Under the pieces are notes generated by a model. It saw nothing but the letters and a program-made list of their open reading frames with translations. It did no database searches and was not told the origin of the DNA. Below, one piece after another: positions 50,060-63,779 of a stretch of DNA of 64,000 bases. A program made the translations under genes and the position numbers. The stretch is from Lytechinus pictus (taxonomy: Eukaryota), in contig NC_087247.1 of NCBI RefSeq assembly GCF_037042905.1, forward strand, positions 22,816,001 through 22,880,000. Direction: 5' to 3'. Each line of letters starts with the position of its first letter. Positions within the stretch are counted from its first letter, which is position 1.

Positions 50060-51249
50060 CTGTTTTGAGATTTACAAAAATAGATGGGACAGTCAAAAAA
50101 TTTGTAACTTAAGCCAAGTCGTCTCATTTTAAAATAGGCCTTTTCGGGCAGGGGCACAAAATAGGATGTCGTGGGCGTTTTTGAAAATGATGTATTTTGG
50201 TCGTCTTTATCTGACCGGGTCACAACTGTCAACATGGATCTTTCTATGTGAGGCATGCATATGGGGGAGCATTTTTTGGTCAGTCGTATAGCTGGTGAGG
50301 GCAGGGGGACTGTCGTCATCTTTATTTTTTTAAGCCCACCCCCATACGCCTGTGATATAGCATATGATTTGCCTCTTGCCTTTCCTATATTATGCACCTC
50401 ATTCATTGTCAGTTTCTCCACAATGTAAAGAACCTTTCACCAGATTTCATTCGAAATTGGTAAAATGTTCATCTCCATGTGCCTTTTATTTTGTTACAGA
50501 TATGATATGGGAGAAACAGAGAATCATGGTCCTGTCGCAGAAAGAATTGTGTTTAAACGTAACCATGGTAACTAAAACAAATCAAGTGCAAGTTCTAAAA
50601 GACCACCACAAACCTTACAATATTCGGTCTGCGACCCGATTTTGGCCAATTCGATGATAATTTTAAAACCTGAAATATATACTGCGTAATGTTCTAAATC
50701 ATCATACGAATACCATGAATACACATAATCAAATTTGTGACTATGCTATCACCATTATTAGAATAAAAGCGAATTTAATGTCTAGTCGTAAAGTACGATT
50801 AGCTACGATTTGAAACAAATTTGGACTTAATTGCAAAATAAAGGCTTGCAATCAACCAAAATTGTTATATTGGTGTTCTTTCAGTTAATTTGAATCTCAA
50901 ATAAAAAGATACTTTTCATTCACATTTTCAGAAAATGAGCTAAATGCGATTTGCTCCAAATCGGATTGTGGACCAGTCGTGTAAGGTGCATGTGAGGTGA
51001 TGGCCTTAACATGCGCAATTCATTGGATGAATGTGTTTGATTCTTTTCCTACAACTGGTCTCAGATAAATTACACTGTACCTTTCTATCAAACTCCTGTG
51101 ATGAGTCCAGTGGGTTCATGGTTAGGTTTGTTGCCATGTTTCCCGTGACAATCAGGTAACAGCTCACAAAGAAATCTGTATAGCGAGGAGTACAGCCAAA
51201 TATGTCGATGTTCTCTATTGTAAACAAGGGTGGATAATAATACTACTGA

Positions 51250-51895
51250 AATGTCCCTTTTTCTGATCTAAATATTACAAATTTTCAGCTCGCGCTTTGC
51301 GCTTTTATCATTTGGTAAGTAAAATACGTATGGTCTTCGTGAATTCCCACAGACAAGCCTTAAAATGCCCTTCTTCAGGTCTGAATTTTCTAAATTTTCA
51401 GCTCGCGCTTCGCGCTCGCAATATTTGATTGGTGAGATGCGTATGTTTATCATGATTACAATGACTACAAAAAGTGCTTCAGTGTTTAGATGTAATTCTA
51501 ACAAAATCAGCAAGCGCTTGTCACTCGCAGATGTATACTCTAATGGATATGTATACTCTTAATGGATTCCTAAAAACATAGTCCTTAAAATGGGCTTAAA
51601 ATTTCCCTGTTTGGGGTCATTATATACAAAATTTCAGCTCGCGCTTCGCGCTCGCATTGTTTGTTTAGCGAGACTGGTACGTATCATGATTACAACAAAT
51701 TACTTATAATGTCCCTTTTTAAGTCTGAATTTCAAAAATTTTCAGCTCACGCTTCGCGTTTGCATTATTTGATTAGTGAGATGGCACAGTCCTTAAAACG
51801 TCTCTATTAGGTAAGTATACCTGGCGCGCGCTGACTAAGTGACTCAATTTTTTTGCTGGTGCCCCCCCCATGCCGTGACCCACGGTACGCCACTG
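51250..51895 (+). mobile_element. Right part of a hAT-like element carrying the GCTCGCGCTTCGCGCTCGC tandem array
   Basis: ~5 array units followed by the terminus GGTACGCCACTG at 51895. Confidence 0.65.
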
Positions 51896-52315
51896 CATGC
51901 AAGCCTACAACTTTAGTGCCTCCCAAAGGTGCTTCCCTTCACTCAGTCACTGTAGGGTGTCACAAGAAAATTTCCCTTACGAATTTACAATCGATAGATC
52001 AATTTTAACTAAAGCAAATGAAATCGAACTTCTTGTTTTTAAAAGTAGACCAGCAATTGAGTGCAAATTTGAAATTAATGGCAAGACTTTTGATTGTATC
52101 TTGGACCCGGACATTAACTTGCAATTAATTGTAGATTCTTGAGTCCAATAAATGAACGGAACCCCTTTTTGAGTTCAACTACAAATGCGAATCTCGTTTG
52201 TAGTATACACCGCTTCAACATCAAACGGTAAAGCATATTACAGACATAATAAACATCGAAATAGCAATCGACCAAAACCAAGCAAATGGAATAAAAGAAA
52301 ACATCGTGTTATTAC

Positions 52316-52359
52316 CTTGTTGAAAGTAGGCCTAGCGTCAGTCTCAGGAAATGGTAGGT
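52316..52359 (-). CDS. Candidate 44-nt upstream micro-exon of paralog B (xLPFPETDARPTFNK)
   Basis: cacttcag| ... AAC AAG|gtaata; open frame ending in phase 0, compatible with the acceptor at 50059; no homology support. Confidence 0.3.
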
Positions 52360-53921
52360 CTGAAGTGATATGAACGACTTAATAATTTACCTTCGTGCAG
52401 CGATTATTAAAAAAATTACTGGATATTAATACCGCCATTTGCATGCCAAACCGTAAAATAATCTCGGTGTTTTTTTTTCCTGGTGGTAGCTGTTCAATAT
52501 AATACAGGACCAATATAATATACACCTTCAATATTCCATGTCCATTTTACCACCGGTTTTGTTCAAGTCTGCTTTTCCATGCTAATTCTTGACTATTCAG
52601 GCTTGACGTTGACTTTGAACCCATTACGATACAACGACTTTTATCAATAAAAGAATTGTTGGTTAATAATCGTCAATATTGAAGAAATATCTATTTTGTG
52701 GTTTTTAAAAGGTGCACAGTGATTTCGCTTTTACGAATGCAAGATATTACAATAAAATGTGCTTTGAAAAAAAAATTAAAGTCACGAATTCAAATATGAA
52801 CATGTAGATAAAGAATAATCTCATTATAAAAGCATTTTTTAATGTAACTGCTTCTGCATTACTGGATATACCGGAAGGATAATGATAATTTCATAGCTGT
52901 AACTTATTTTATACAGTTGCATTTTAATTTTACAAGTTTTCCAAACTTTGGCAGAAGTACCGATATATGATTAACAATTTTCTAAAATATCACCATGAAC
53001 AATGGCTGATACAGGGAAGCACCCCCCCCCCCCTTGAGAGCCATGATAAATATTTTTAGTGGAAACTGTTGTGCATACGCAAGTGAAGACATTAATTTTG
53101 TGTGCTTGTTAATTTTTTTTCTGGACACCCCCCCCCCTTCTCCCTTTTGGAAAGTATTAGATCCGCCCTTGAACATGAATTTGAATTAATTTCAGCTAAT
53201 CTGGGCCCCGTTGAACATTCTTATATTCTTATATAAGACTGGTGTTACAAATTAGATGAAATTGTTTCTTTAATCTATATTATTTTCTCTCTTTTTGGTA
53301 TAAAAAGGTAAAATATCACCCCCCCTCTCTCTCTCTCTCTCTCTTTCTCTCTCTTTAACCATTAATCTGTCTTTGGTATTCAGGTTGTTCATTGTTCAAC
53401 AAGTCAAAATTTCTCTTTAAATTGTAATCAATTTTAAATTTACCCATTTACTCATTGTTGTTATTATATATCACTTTATTTGCAAATCTGCACATTAAAG
53501 GAATACAATATACGCCCAGGACATTTCTCTATAATGAGAAAATGCAGGGCAATAAAATTCACTATACAGAAGAAAAAAAAACTTAGAATATAATACAACA
53601 ATCAATATGGAGAAAAATACTGGGAAGTGCAACGAGGTTAGCATTTCTCTATAATGAGAAAATGCAGGGTAATAAAATTCAATATACAGAAAAAAAATAT
53701 ATAGCTACATTACTTACATTAAGTCACGGTTTTAAGGATAAGTTGACAATTATATCAAATGCAAGTAAAATCTAAAGCCAAGTTCACCCGACAACAAGTT
53801 GATTTGGGAAAAAAAGAGGAAATCAGACAAGCAAAACATAACATTTTCGCCAAAATAATACTTAATAATATATTTTTATGATATTTTAAGATATTACATT
53901 ACATACAACATTGTATAGAAG

Positions 53922-55674
53922 CAGTGGCGTACCTGGCATATTTCATCAGGGGGGGGGGGGGCAAGCGACAAGGATGAGCAAGGTGGGGGGGGGGGGTAGT
54001 AGGCATGGACGTATATAGGCACAATTTTTTTTCAAGGGGGGCTGATAATAATTGCCCAAATATCAACTTCACAGTTTTTAATTTTCGAGCGAGCGAAGCG
54101 AGCGAACATTTTTTTCAATTATTATTTAGCCTTTTTACATGATGTGAAACGTGCAGAAATTATACATTCTGTCATAAAATTACCAATACACGAGGATATT
54201 TGGGCACCTCGCAGTCCTCGTTGCCCTGCATTTTGCAGCCCAGCCCCCTCCCATACACGTATAGGTCTGGCAGTGGCACTGAAGGTGGGAAAGGTTACCC
54301 AGGGGGTACTCAATAAAACATTTGGATCTTGCTACTACTGATATTTGCTATCGGGCGATTGCACTTTATTGTCGAAATTAATTCTTTTTTTGTATATCAT
54401 TCCAGAAATGAAATGTAATGGATCGTGATCGATATATTTCTAATCAAGTGGTTATTGCAATGTTTATATTAAAACACTTCTTTTGTTCCCTTTTAAAGGT
54501 GTTTACATTATGTTCCCAATTCTGCTCTTTTGGAGATGTTATAAAAGAGGTATTTGACAATGAATTCAGTTAAGAATAATAATATAAAAATAGTAAATGC
54601 GAGCGCGAAGCGCGAGCTGATTTTTTTCTAAAAATTTAGACCCAAAACGATACATTTTATGCACTTAATTATGAATAGGATGGGTATATTCCTTAATAAA
54701 TTATGCGAGCACGAAGCGCGAGTTCAAAATGTTGATATTCCTTTCTGGACACTAGACATTCTAAGCACTTTTACAGGATGGGTATCTAAACAGTCGTGTG
54801 GGTGCGAAGCGCGAGCTAAAACTTTTGATATTCCGACTTAAGAACTTGATATTCTAAGCACTTTTAGTAACCATGAACAAATTGGTTTCTAACTGAATAA
54901 TAAATTGATGCGAGTGCGAAGTTCGAGCTGAAATTTTTGATATTCCGACCTAAGAACTTGATATTCTAAGCAATTTTTGTAACCGTGAACAAATTGGTTT
55001 CTAATGATATTATTTTGACATTTTTTACTTTATATATTCCGACCTGAAAACCGGACATTCTAAACACTTCATTTAACTATGAACAGGATGTATATACCTA
55101 AACAGTTCTTTGTAAGCACGAAGCGCGAGCTGAAATTTTTGATATTCCGGCCTAAGAACTGGATATTATAAGCACTTTTTGTAACCGTGAACAAATTGGT
55201 TTTTAACCAATCAATTGACGCGAGTGCGATGTGCGAGCTTAAAATTTTTGATATTTTAACCTGAAAACTAGACATTTATCTTAGGTATCCAACCAAAAAA
55301 ATTGATGCGAGCGCGTAGCGCGAGCGAAATTTTTATTGTTATAATTACATTACCTAAAAGTTGTTCTCTACCTTTTTCCTGTCCCTGGTCAACCCAGTCC
55401 GTCCTCACTATCGGTACTAGAGAGCTCTAAAAGTCGCATTGCGTAAAAATCACAATTTACCGATAAAATTGTACAGTTTAATTGACATTTACCGACAAAG
55501 ATGGTGGAACTAAAAACGAATCAGTTGGAACAGCCCCGTGTGCCCGACAGTTTATAATTTTTTCCGACCGTCTGCAGTCCAGTTTTTGTTTTCCCCTTTC
55601 TCTTAAACTCTTTCTTATTTTTCCCCTTCCCCCTTTTTTCTCTCTTCCCCCCCCCCCCCTTAGGTACGCTAGTG
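53922..55674. mobile_element. hAT-like non-autonomous element (1753 bp) with perfect 8-bp TSD and an internal tandem array
   Basis: TATAGAAG|CAGTGGCGTACC ... GGTACGCTAGTG|TATAGAAG; GCGAGCGCGAAGCGCGAGCTG units at 54600-55330. Confidence 0.88.
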
Positions 55675-55784
55675 TATAGAAGGAACTGATGATGCCGCAT
55701 ACTAGTCATTTCTATTTATATTTTCATACATAATAAAGTATGGAAAATAAAAACTTGAAGCTAGTGGTTAGAATATAAAAAAAA

Positions 55785-56153
55785 AATTCAGCTCACGCTT
55801 CGCGCTCGCATCAATTATTAAGATAGATACCCATCTTGTTCATGGTTACAAAAAGTGCTTAGAATATACAGTTTTGGGTCGGAAATTCAAAAATTGTCAG
55901 CTCGCGCTTCGCGCTCGCATAAAATGTTGAGATAGATACCCATCCTATTCTTAATTACCAAAAGTGCTTGTAGATTTTCCAAATTTGAGGTTAGAATATC
56001 AAAAAAAATTTAGTTCACGTTTCGCGCTACCATCAATAATATATTGTTTAGATATACGTATACCCATCATGTTCACGGTTGCAAAAAGTGCTTAGAATGT
56101 CCGAACGGGAAACATATAGATGAAAATATCCCCCCCCCCTGGATCCACCCCTG
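55785..56153 (+). mobile_element. Fragment of an array-bearing hAT-like element
   Basis: Three array units, then a C-tract and the terminus GGATCCACCCCTG, as at 2325-2338. Confidence 0.6.
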
Positions 56154-56719
56154 GTAAAGAAATTACAGCTCCCGCACACATAATTTTAGAAGGGCCTACC
56201 ACTCTGATGAAAAGTTAAAATAAATTGAAAACCCAAAGTGCTTAAAATTCTATGCTTTCTGGTTGCATTTATTATTTTCAAAAAGTGGTATTACAACATA
56301 TTCATGGATGTTTTTTTTCACAAAAAAGAAAAGAAAAGAAAATTATTGCTTAAGAGGAAATTATCTAGTTGATAATCATGAAACTTATATAACTTAAAAG
56401 TGTGACTTGAAAATGACCAAAATTATCTGAGATCTAAAACTAGAAAAAAAAATAATCGGTTGTTTTTTTTACATCAATTTTTTTTTATCGGGTTGGGGCA
56501 CTCTTATTTGCCCTGTCCTTTCAGGGACGCTAGTGCTTTGATGGAACCCCCCCCCCCACATTGGAGGTTTATCCATATGTTCATATGCAGTAAACCAGAT
56601 TGTAAATCATATACGGTAGTTAACAAGATTGTATTAAATGTATAGAGGTCGTTTATTGTTTTTGTTTTACTTCGTTTAGTTAAAGCTCCGACACAGCCAA
56701 TCGCCTGACAATTTTTTTA

Positions 56720-57315
56720 AGGGATGCTCCAGGCAGAAAATAATCTGATTTAAACGGATAAAGAAAATTCAGACAAACTAAACACTGAAAATTTGATCAA
56801 GGAATAACAAAGTTAATAGCACTTTAAAGATTTGCTTTATTCTGGTGAAACAGTTCTTGGCATGTCTTCATGCATATTCAATGAGCAAACTGACGATGTC
56901 ATATCCCCTTTTGTTTTTTTTGTATTTTATTATATGGAAATAGGTTTATTCATTTTTTTCTTCAAATAACTGAAAAAATTGGATTGACAACTGGTTTAGT
57001 GCATTATATATTAATTGTTACAACTTATTTCATTATAAAGGAGACACCCTATTCACACATCTATGAAAAAATGAAACAATTATGATTTCATGTAATAACA
57101 TTACATAAAGATAAAACGGAATGTGACATCATCAGCTCATCTAATGAATATTCATGATGACGTGCATATAACTGTTTTCACAAAATATATGCTTAACTTT
57201 AAAATTCAACAACTTCGTTATTTGTTGTCCGATTTTGATGAAATTTTCAGCATTTTGATCTGTGAATTTTACTTCATTTATTAAAATATAAATATTTTCA
57301 GACCAGAGTACTCCT
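56720..57315 (-). mobile_element. Kolobok-like MITE family 1, copy 3 (inverted)
   Basis: AGGGATGCTCCAGGC ... GAGTACTCCT|TTAA; interior is the reverse complement of 1440-2026. Confidence 0.8.
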
Positions 57316-59510
57316 TTAAGGCAGGTATTGTACTTAATATTTTGTAATACCTTATTTCACCTTATATTATTTTTCCCCTCAAATTTTGCTCGAATATACA
57401 TGTATATGTTTTGTATGATTTTATATATATTTTTAACATTATATTGGCAGATGCCAATGATGTTTCAATGAATTCAATTCAAATCTTGTCACAATGCCTT
57501 CACACTTCTCGCTAAAAAAATGCTCAGCATCATCATGATCATAAAACTGCATTCGCTGGAAACTTCATGAACTTTTCGCTCTAAACCTGACATGCATTTA
57601 ACAATTGATGGCAGTATAGATGATTTGACGTTGGACCGGTTTGATATTGAAAGTACATTGGCGATGATAATCACGATCCATTGGGCAAAGGATATATTAC
57701 CTGTCTGTGGCGTCTTTCATGACCAAGGGAAAAAAGAGAAAATGAAAGGAAAGGAACGGGAGAAGGGTGAATTATGATATTTTCTGAATATTACGTCAAA
57801 ATCTATCATAAAATTTGATTTTTGCAAATAAAAATGTCGATTTTTTTTTATAACCGCAAGGAAAAGACGTGAAAAGACGTGAAATAACAATAAAAATAAT
57901 TTAAAAAGCACGTTGTTTAAGCCTGTCACTCTAACAAGTTGTTTAAACTTTTTAAAATATTTCTTTAAACTTTGTTTGAACCTTTTTTTAACAACTTGTT
58001 CTAAACTTTAAACCACTTGTGTAAAAAAAATAAAACGTTAAACAACTTGTTCAAGAATTTAAAGAATATTTGCTAGAATGACGGGTTTAAACAACGTGCT
58101 TAAACTTTTAGCCAAAGATATTAAAGTGTATAATCCCACGAGATGAATTATTGAATTAATTCGAGTGACTCAATAATTTCCCATTCCCCACCCCTCCCCC
58201 ATCTGCTTCAAAACTATAGAGCATTACATATGAAAGACAAATAGCACAACTGTGTTGTTAGTTTGCATTATACTTGTTGACATGGAAAACGCTTAAAATA
58301 CTTTGTTGGTTGTGAAGTGAACTGTGACTTTTACTTTAACATTCGTAGATCATAGTATGGCACATAATTGTTGTGATGAGAAGGGGCAAATTGACTTCAA
58401 GTGGAGAGTATGGTTCACAAACTTGTTACTTTTTTCCTTGTAAGAATATAGCCACACAAGATCACCTGGCGAAGTTTTAAGAAACTGTTTGTTAAGGGAA
58501 ATAAGGGGCACGGGGACATTTTAACTTCGATTTTTCACGCTCTGCAACTGTTTTTCTTTGCCTCTGAATTTTGACAAAGGCAGCAGGGCTCCTACAGATA
58601 ATTAAAAATATCCATGTAAATAGACATTTCAGACTTGTTTGTAATGATGAAAACGGGCTTAAAATTTTATAGTTCATGACTTTTTTTCCTTGGACTTACA
58701 ATTCAATTATACAAAAGCCATCAACCTTTTACAGCTAGCATGGTCTAAATTATGTATATAACTTATGTTCTGTAAATGTAATTGTCACACCTTATTATGT
58801 ATTTAGTATTGAAATATTATATTTGGGCAATTTTAGGTACAACGATCATGGAAACTTATTGCTATGTCATAAAAACATGATAATACATAAATTCTCCGTT
58901 TCTTTTCATCTCGAAATATTCCCAAATTTCAATTCGAATCAGTTGACATATGGAAGAGTTTGTAATATAATTCCTCATGTGTTCCTATATAAATATAAAC
59001 CTGGCATGGTGGCTCAGTGAAAAATTTGAAAATGACAAATTTTCTTGCTCGATCGTATGAGAATTTACTTTTTTTTAAGTTTAAGTTATTTTTTAACATT
59101 TTCAACAGTACAAATCCATAAAAATGCAATTATAATAAACAATTGAATTTTCACTATATTTTCTAGCAATCAAATCCAACTATTTTTACATTTTTGTTAA
59201 GATATTTTTTGTTTTGTTGAATCTGAACTCATGTATTACATCATAAACATAATATATGTGTTTTTATTTCTAGACGTTTTGTTTGCGGCCTATTTTGTAA
59301 CATGTTCTCATAAATATATTATATTCAATGTATACTTGGTAAGTGTATGTGCATTTACGAAATATTCTAATGTTTACTGATATTTCAATATTTCATTATT
59401 TTCACTAGTCAAATTATGATTTTTTTTTATTTGTCTGATTTTTGTTTTGCTTTTTTTTCGTTTGTTTGTTTGTTTGATTGATTGGTTGGTGGTTGGTTTG
59501 GGTTTTGGGG

Positions 59511-59786
59511 CACTAGCGTACGTACGGGGGGGGGGGGCAGAGGGGGCAGTCTGCCCCCCCCCCCCTGACGAGCCACAACCCATGCAAAGGACGTATCCCT
59601 GCCCCCCCCCCTGACGAGCTTGAAGACCTTTTTTTTTTTTTTTTTTTTTTTGCTTGTCAATTTTTTTTCTGGTACGAAATCCTTCATTTGTGATTGAAGA
59701 CCCTTTTTTTTTTTTTTCTTGTCCAATTTTTTTGGCGGACGGTTTTGCCCCCCCCCCCCCTGTGAAAAATCCCAGGTACGCCACTG
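59511..59786. mobile_element. hAT-like MITE with perfect 8-bp TSD
   Basis: TTTTGGGG|CACTAGCGTAC ... GTACGCCACTG|TTTTGGGG; same terminus pair as 53922-55674, reversed. Confidence 0.85.
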
Positions 59787-61074
59787 TTTTGGGGGTTTGG
59801 GTACATTAGGCTTGTATTATACGAAGAAAGGTAGAGACTTAGGAGGAAGGGGGAGGGGTACTTATTCTTATATATACAAGGTTATACCTATCCATTAAAG
59901 GCTCTTAGATGATTTGCTTGCATTATGCTTTACATATTACGAGAGGGCGCATCAAAATTATGCACATTTTTTGTTGTGGTGGATGAAAAACAAGAACGCT
60001 ATACCAAATAGATGTTTACAAAAAATGTTTGTAGCAATTGTTAATCCAATTAAGTTCTCTGTCAACTGAACAGCTATCTGTCAATATTGCTCCATCAAAA
60101 TGACGATCTCTCATTATTTGAAACATGTCACTGCGATAAATGATAACGTTTTTCACACTGTGGTACAGGGTGTGTCAATATTTGGTTTTCCCACATAGTG
60201 ACTACCGCAGAATGAAAGAAAAAAAAATTATCACAATGGGATGACCATGTGAACACATCGGAGAAAAAAATATAAATTTAGCCACACAGTGAATACATTA
60301 AATCACCAATCATTCACCGTGAAAATCCTATGAATTGATAAAAAAATCAATTTAAATTCAATCAACCATAAACAGTATGTTCTAAATAATTACCCAACAT
60401 GATCACACGTCACACCATTACGACGTAACCTATGGCCACACCTTAAAATCTTTGTTTTTTCTGTGTGAATCAGATATCTACCAATATTGACTGCAATTGT
60501 TATTTATTATCATATTTATTATTACCGCAACTTTAGGATGTGATATTAGGCCTACACATTTTTTTAAGCAGGTATTTCTGCATTTATTAATAAATCAAAA
60601 TTACAAATTTATAACAATGATATAACATCAAACATACATAATGATCAAATTACAAAGGTGACAATTGTATAGTAGATAAGTAGATATAGACATAATTCAT
60701 GTAAACAATAACAAATAAATTTAAATGCACAGGCCAGCTATGGTAAGCTGAAAGCTTGAAATAATAGCAGCCAGGGGAAAAGAGAAGGCTACATGAAAAC
60801 CATAATAGAAATACCGGGTCTTTATTATTTAAAAGTGATGTCACTTATATTGCTTAAAATATAATAAAAGGAAAGGGGGTAGAAAATTATATCATGTTAT
60901 CATAACATGATATCATATTTTTCGTAACAAAATGTTTTATAATTAATTATCTATGAAAGTAACAATGCGCATTTGGACCTTTTCTCGAAATATGGAATTC
61001 ACTTTTTCTGAATATTCAATCGAAATATGCAAAACAGGTCTGTGATCACACTTTGCTAAACAAATGCTACACAG

Positions 61075-62268
61075 CGACAATCCTCTTCACAGTGTGATCA
61101 TTATGTGTAACTACATAAACATACTGTATTGAACGAAATACCAGACAGTTACAATCCTCTTCACAGTGTGGTCATACCTACATAAGCATACTGTATTGAA
61201 CGAATACCACACAGTTACAATCCTTCTCACAGTGTGGTCATTATGTGTAACTACATTAACATACGTACGAATACCACACAGTATGATCCTCTTCACAGTG
61301 TGGTCATTACGTGTAACTACATAAACATACGTACGAATACCACACACTATGATCCTTTTCACAGTGTGGTCCTTACGTGTAACAACATAATCATACTGTA
61401 CTGAACGAATACCACAGTTGCAATCCTCTTCACAGTGTGGTCATTATGTGTAACTACAAAAACATACTTTATTGAACGAATACCAGACAGTTACAATCCT
61501 CTTCACAGTGTGGTCATAACTACATACACATACTGTATTGAACGAATACCACACAGTTACAATCCTTCTCACAGTGTGGTCATTATGTGTAACTACATAA
61601 ACATACTGTATTGAACGAATACCAGACAGTTGCAATCCTCTTCACAGTGTGGTCATTATCTGTAACTACATAAACATACTGTATTGAACGAATACCCCAC
61701 ATTTGCAATCCTCTTCACAGTGTGGTCATTATGTGTCACTACATAAACATACATACGAATGCCACACAGTATGATCCTCTTCACAGTGTGGTCATTACGT
61801 GTAACTACATAATCATACTGTACTGAACGAATACTACAGTTGCAATCCTCTTCACAGTGTGGTCATTACGTGTAACTACATACATTTACTATATTGAACG
61901 AATACTACACAGTTGCAACCCTCTTCACAGTGTGGTCATTATCTGTAACTACATAAACACACTTTTTGAACGAATGCCACACAGTTACAATCTTCTTCAC
62001 AGTGTGGTCATTATGTGTCACTACATAATCATACTGTACTGAACGAATATAACAGTTGCAATCCTCTTCACAGTGTGGTCATTAAGTGTAACTACATAAA
62101 TTTACTATATTGAACGAATACTACACAGTTGCAATCCTCTTCACAGTGTGGTCATTATCTGTAACTACATAAACATACTGTATTGAACGAATTACCACAC
62201 AGTTACAATCTTCTTCACAGTGTGGTGATTATGTGTAACTACATAAACATACTTTAATGAACGAATAC
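61075..62268. repeat. Minisatellite of 17 units, 66-74 bp each, with higher-order structure
   Basis: Consensus CACAGTGTGGTCATTATGTGTAACTACATAAACATACTGTATTGAACGAATACCACACAGTTRCAATCCTCTT. Confidence 0.95.
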
Positions 62269-62480
62269 GGGTCGTGTGGTCCAGTGGTTAGTGCATTGGA
62301 CTCATAATCACAAAGTTGTGAGTTCGAATCCCCACTCTGCCATTGTCTCCACTTTGATAAAAAAAGGCCCGAGAATAATATCTGTCGTCAATAAGGTCGG
62401 CCATTATGACTGATTAACCTAGACGTAAAATGTTTCCTAGTTAATTGGTTATATACCATCTTGGCGTTTTCACAGCGTCT
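62269..62480 (+). mobile_element. tRNA-derived SINE (head with CAT anticodon-like loop)
   Basis: GGGTCGTGTGGTCCAGTGGTTAG (A box), CTCATAA loop, GTTCGAATCCC (B box); poor acceptor stem; non-tRNA body shared with the copy at 31116; 3' boundary approximate. Confidence 0.75.
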
Positions 62481-62794
62481 TACACTATATTAGGAATTTT
62501 ATTAACACACTTGGGAACACACCTTCTTGCTGATCGAATTAGTTTTTCTACACAGTTGGGCACTGTGTAAACACATTTTGATACATGAATTTCACATTGC
62601 TCATTTGTTTGTGTGTCGGACTATGTAAAACAGTGTGTTTGTCGTTACCACACAGTGAATGAGTTCACACCGTGAGAATCGTTTCACTGTGTGGCAACTA
62701 TGTGTAATTACTACGGTATATATATACACGCACCGCACCGTGTCCACATTGTGTTCATACAGTTGACTACGTGATGACTATAAAATTGTACGTT

Positions 62795-63137
62795 CTTTCG
62801 ATAATTCCGAAGGTTCGTAATTCCGAAACACGTAAATTGCCTATACCTCGACATTCGTTAATAAAAAAAACCGAAAAGGGTCCGTTAATCCGAACATTAT
62901 TTTGTGGCGTTATTCGGAAGGGTCGTTAATCCGAAACAAAATAGGGTTAATTATACCGAAGGTTCATTAGTCCAAAAAAGAAATAAGGGTCCGTTAATCC
63001 GAACATAATTTTGTGCCGTTATTCCGAAGGTTCGTTAATCCGAAAACAAAATAGGGTTATTTATTTCGAAGGTTCATTAGTCCGAAAACGAAATAAGGTC
63101 CGTTATTCGGAAGGTTTGTTAATCCGAAAATGAAATA
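62795..63137. repeat. Short-period GTTCGTTAATCCGAA repeat block, probably a transposon sub-terminal region
   Basis: Many copies of (GG)TTCGTTAATCCGAA with a ~118-bp duplication. Confidence 0.7.
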
Positions 63138-63779
63138 ATCTGTGGCGAAGCCGGGAAAACCGGAAGGGCAAGCGTGGTGAAGGGGGGGGGGGGGTTAGAA
63201 ACACTGTTCCATTTTCATTTGTTATGAGGTTGGGAAGGCAGGGGTGCGGTGGAACCTATTTACTTGGGAGAGGGGCAAAGCCAAAAAAGCGCACTTATAT
63301 GTCAAAATGGGTCTTTTGGTGATATTTTCACAATAAGATTATCATCTGTTTGATGTCGTTGTGTATGTTTTGTGGTAATTAAGTTGAACAAAGACTTTTT
63401 AAAGTGAATTTTTAGTATTATGATATATTTATTTATCTGTCATGGATCCCCCTGCTTTTCAGGCCTCTGGCTTTCCTAGGGTGTTTGATCCTCACATTTT
63501 ACAATGTATATATCTACTCATGTGATTTTGAACTATTAAATAAATTCAGACTTTTTTACGCGGTTTGGAAAAAAATTCAAATCTTAATTTCTAAAACTCG
63601 CATTTTGGTCAATTATGGGGCATTAGGCCATACTGTTAAACGGGAATCCCGCACGAGATGTTGTGAGCGCTAATCGCAAGCTCAAACTTTTGGACACATC
63701 AATAAGAAATTAACATTAATCATTCTGAGCAGTTCACCTCGTAATCATGAAAAAAATGTGTAACTAACTATAGAATTAA

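Noticed and set aside
49921-50421. 166-aa ORF as the N-terminus of paralog B
   Set aside because: It is out of frame with the SLC10 exon, and a good acceptor at 50060 explains the exon start.
61075-62268. CRISPR-like array
   Set aside because: The units are wholly homologous with no unique spacers, there are no cas genes, and the context is eukaryotic; it is a minisatellite.
62269-62342. Functional tRNA-Met gene
   Set aside because: The acceptor stem pairs poorly and a non-tRNA body shared with the 31116 copy follows, so it is a SINE head.
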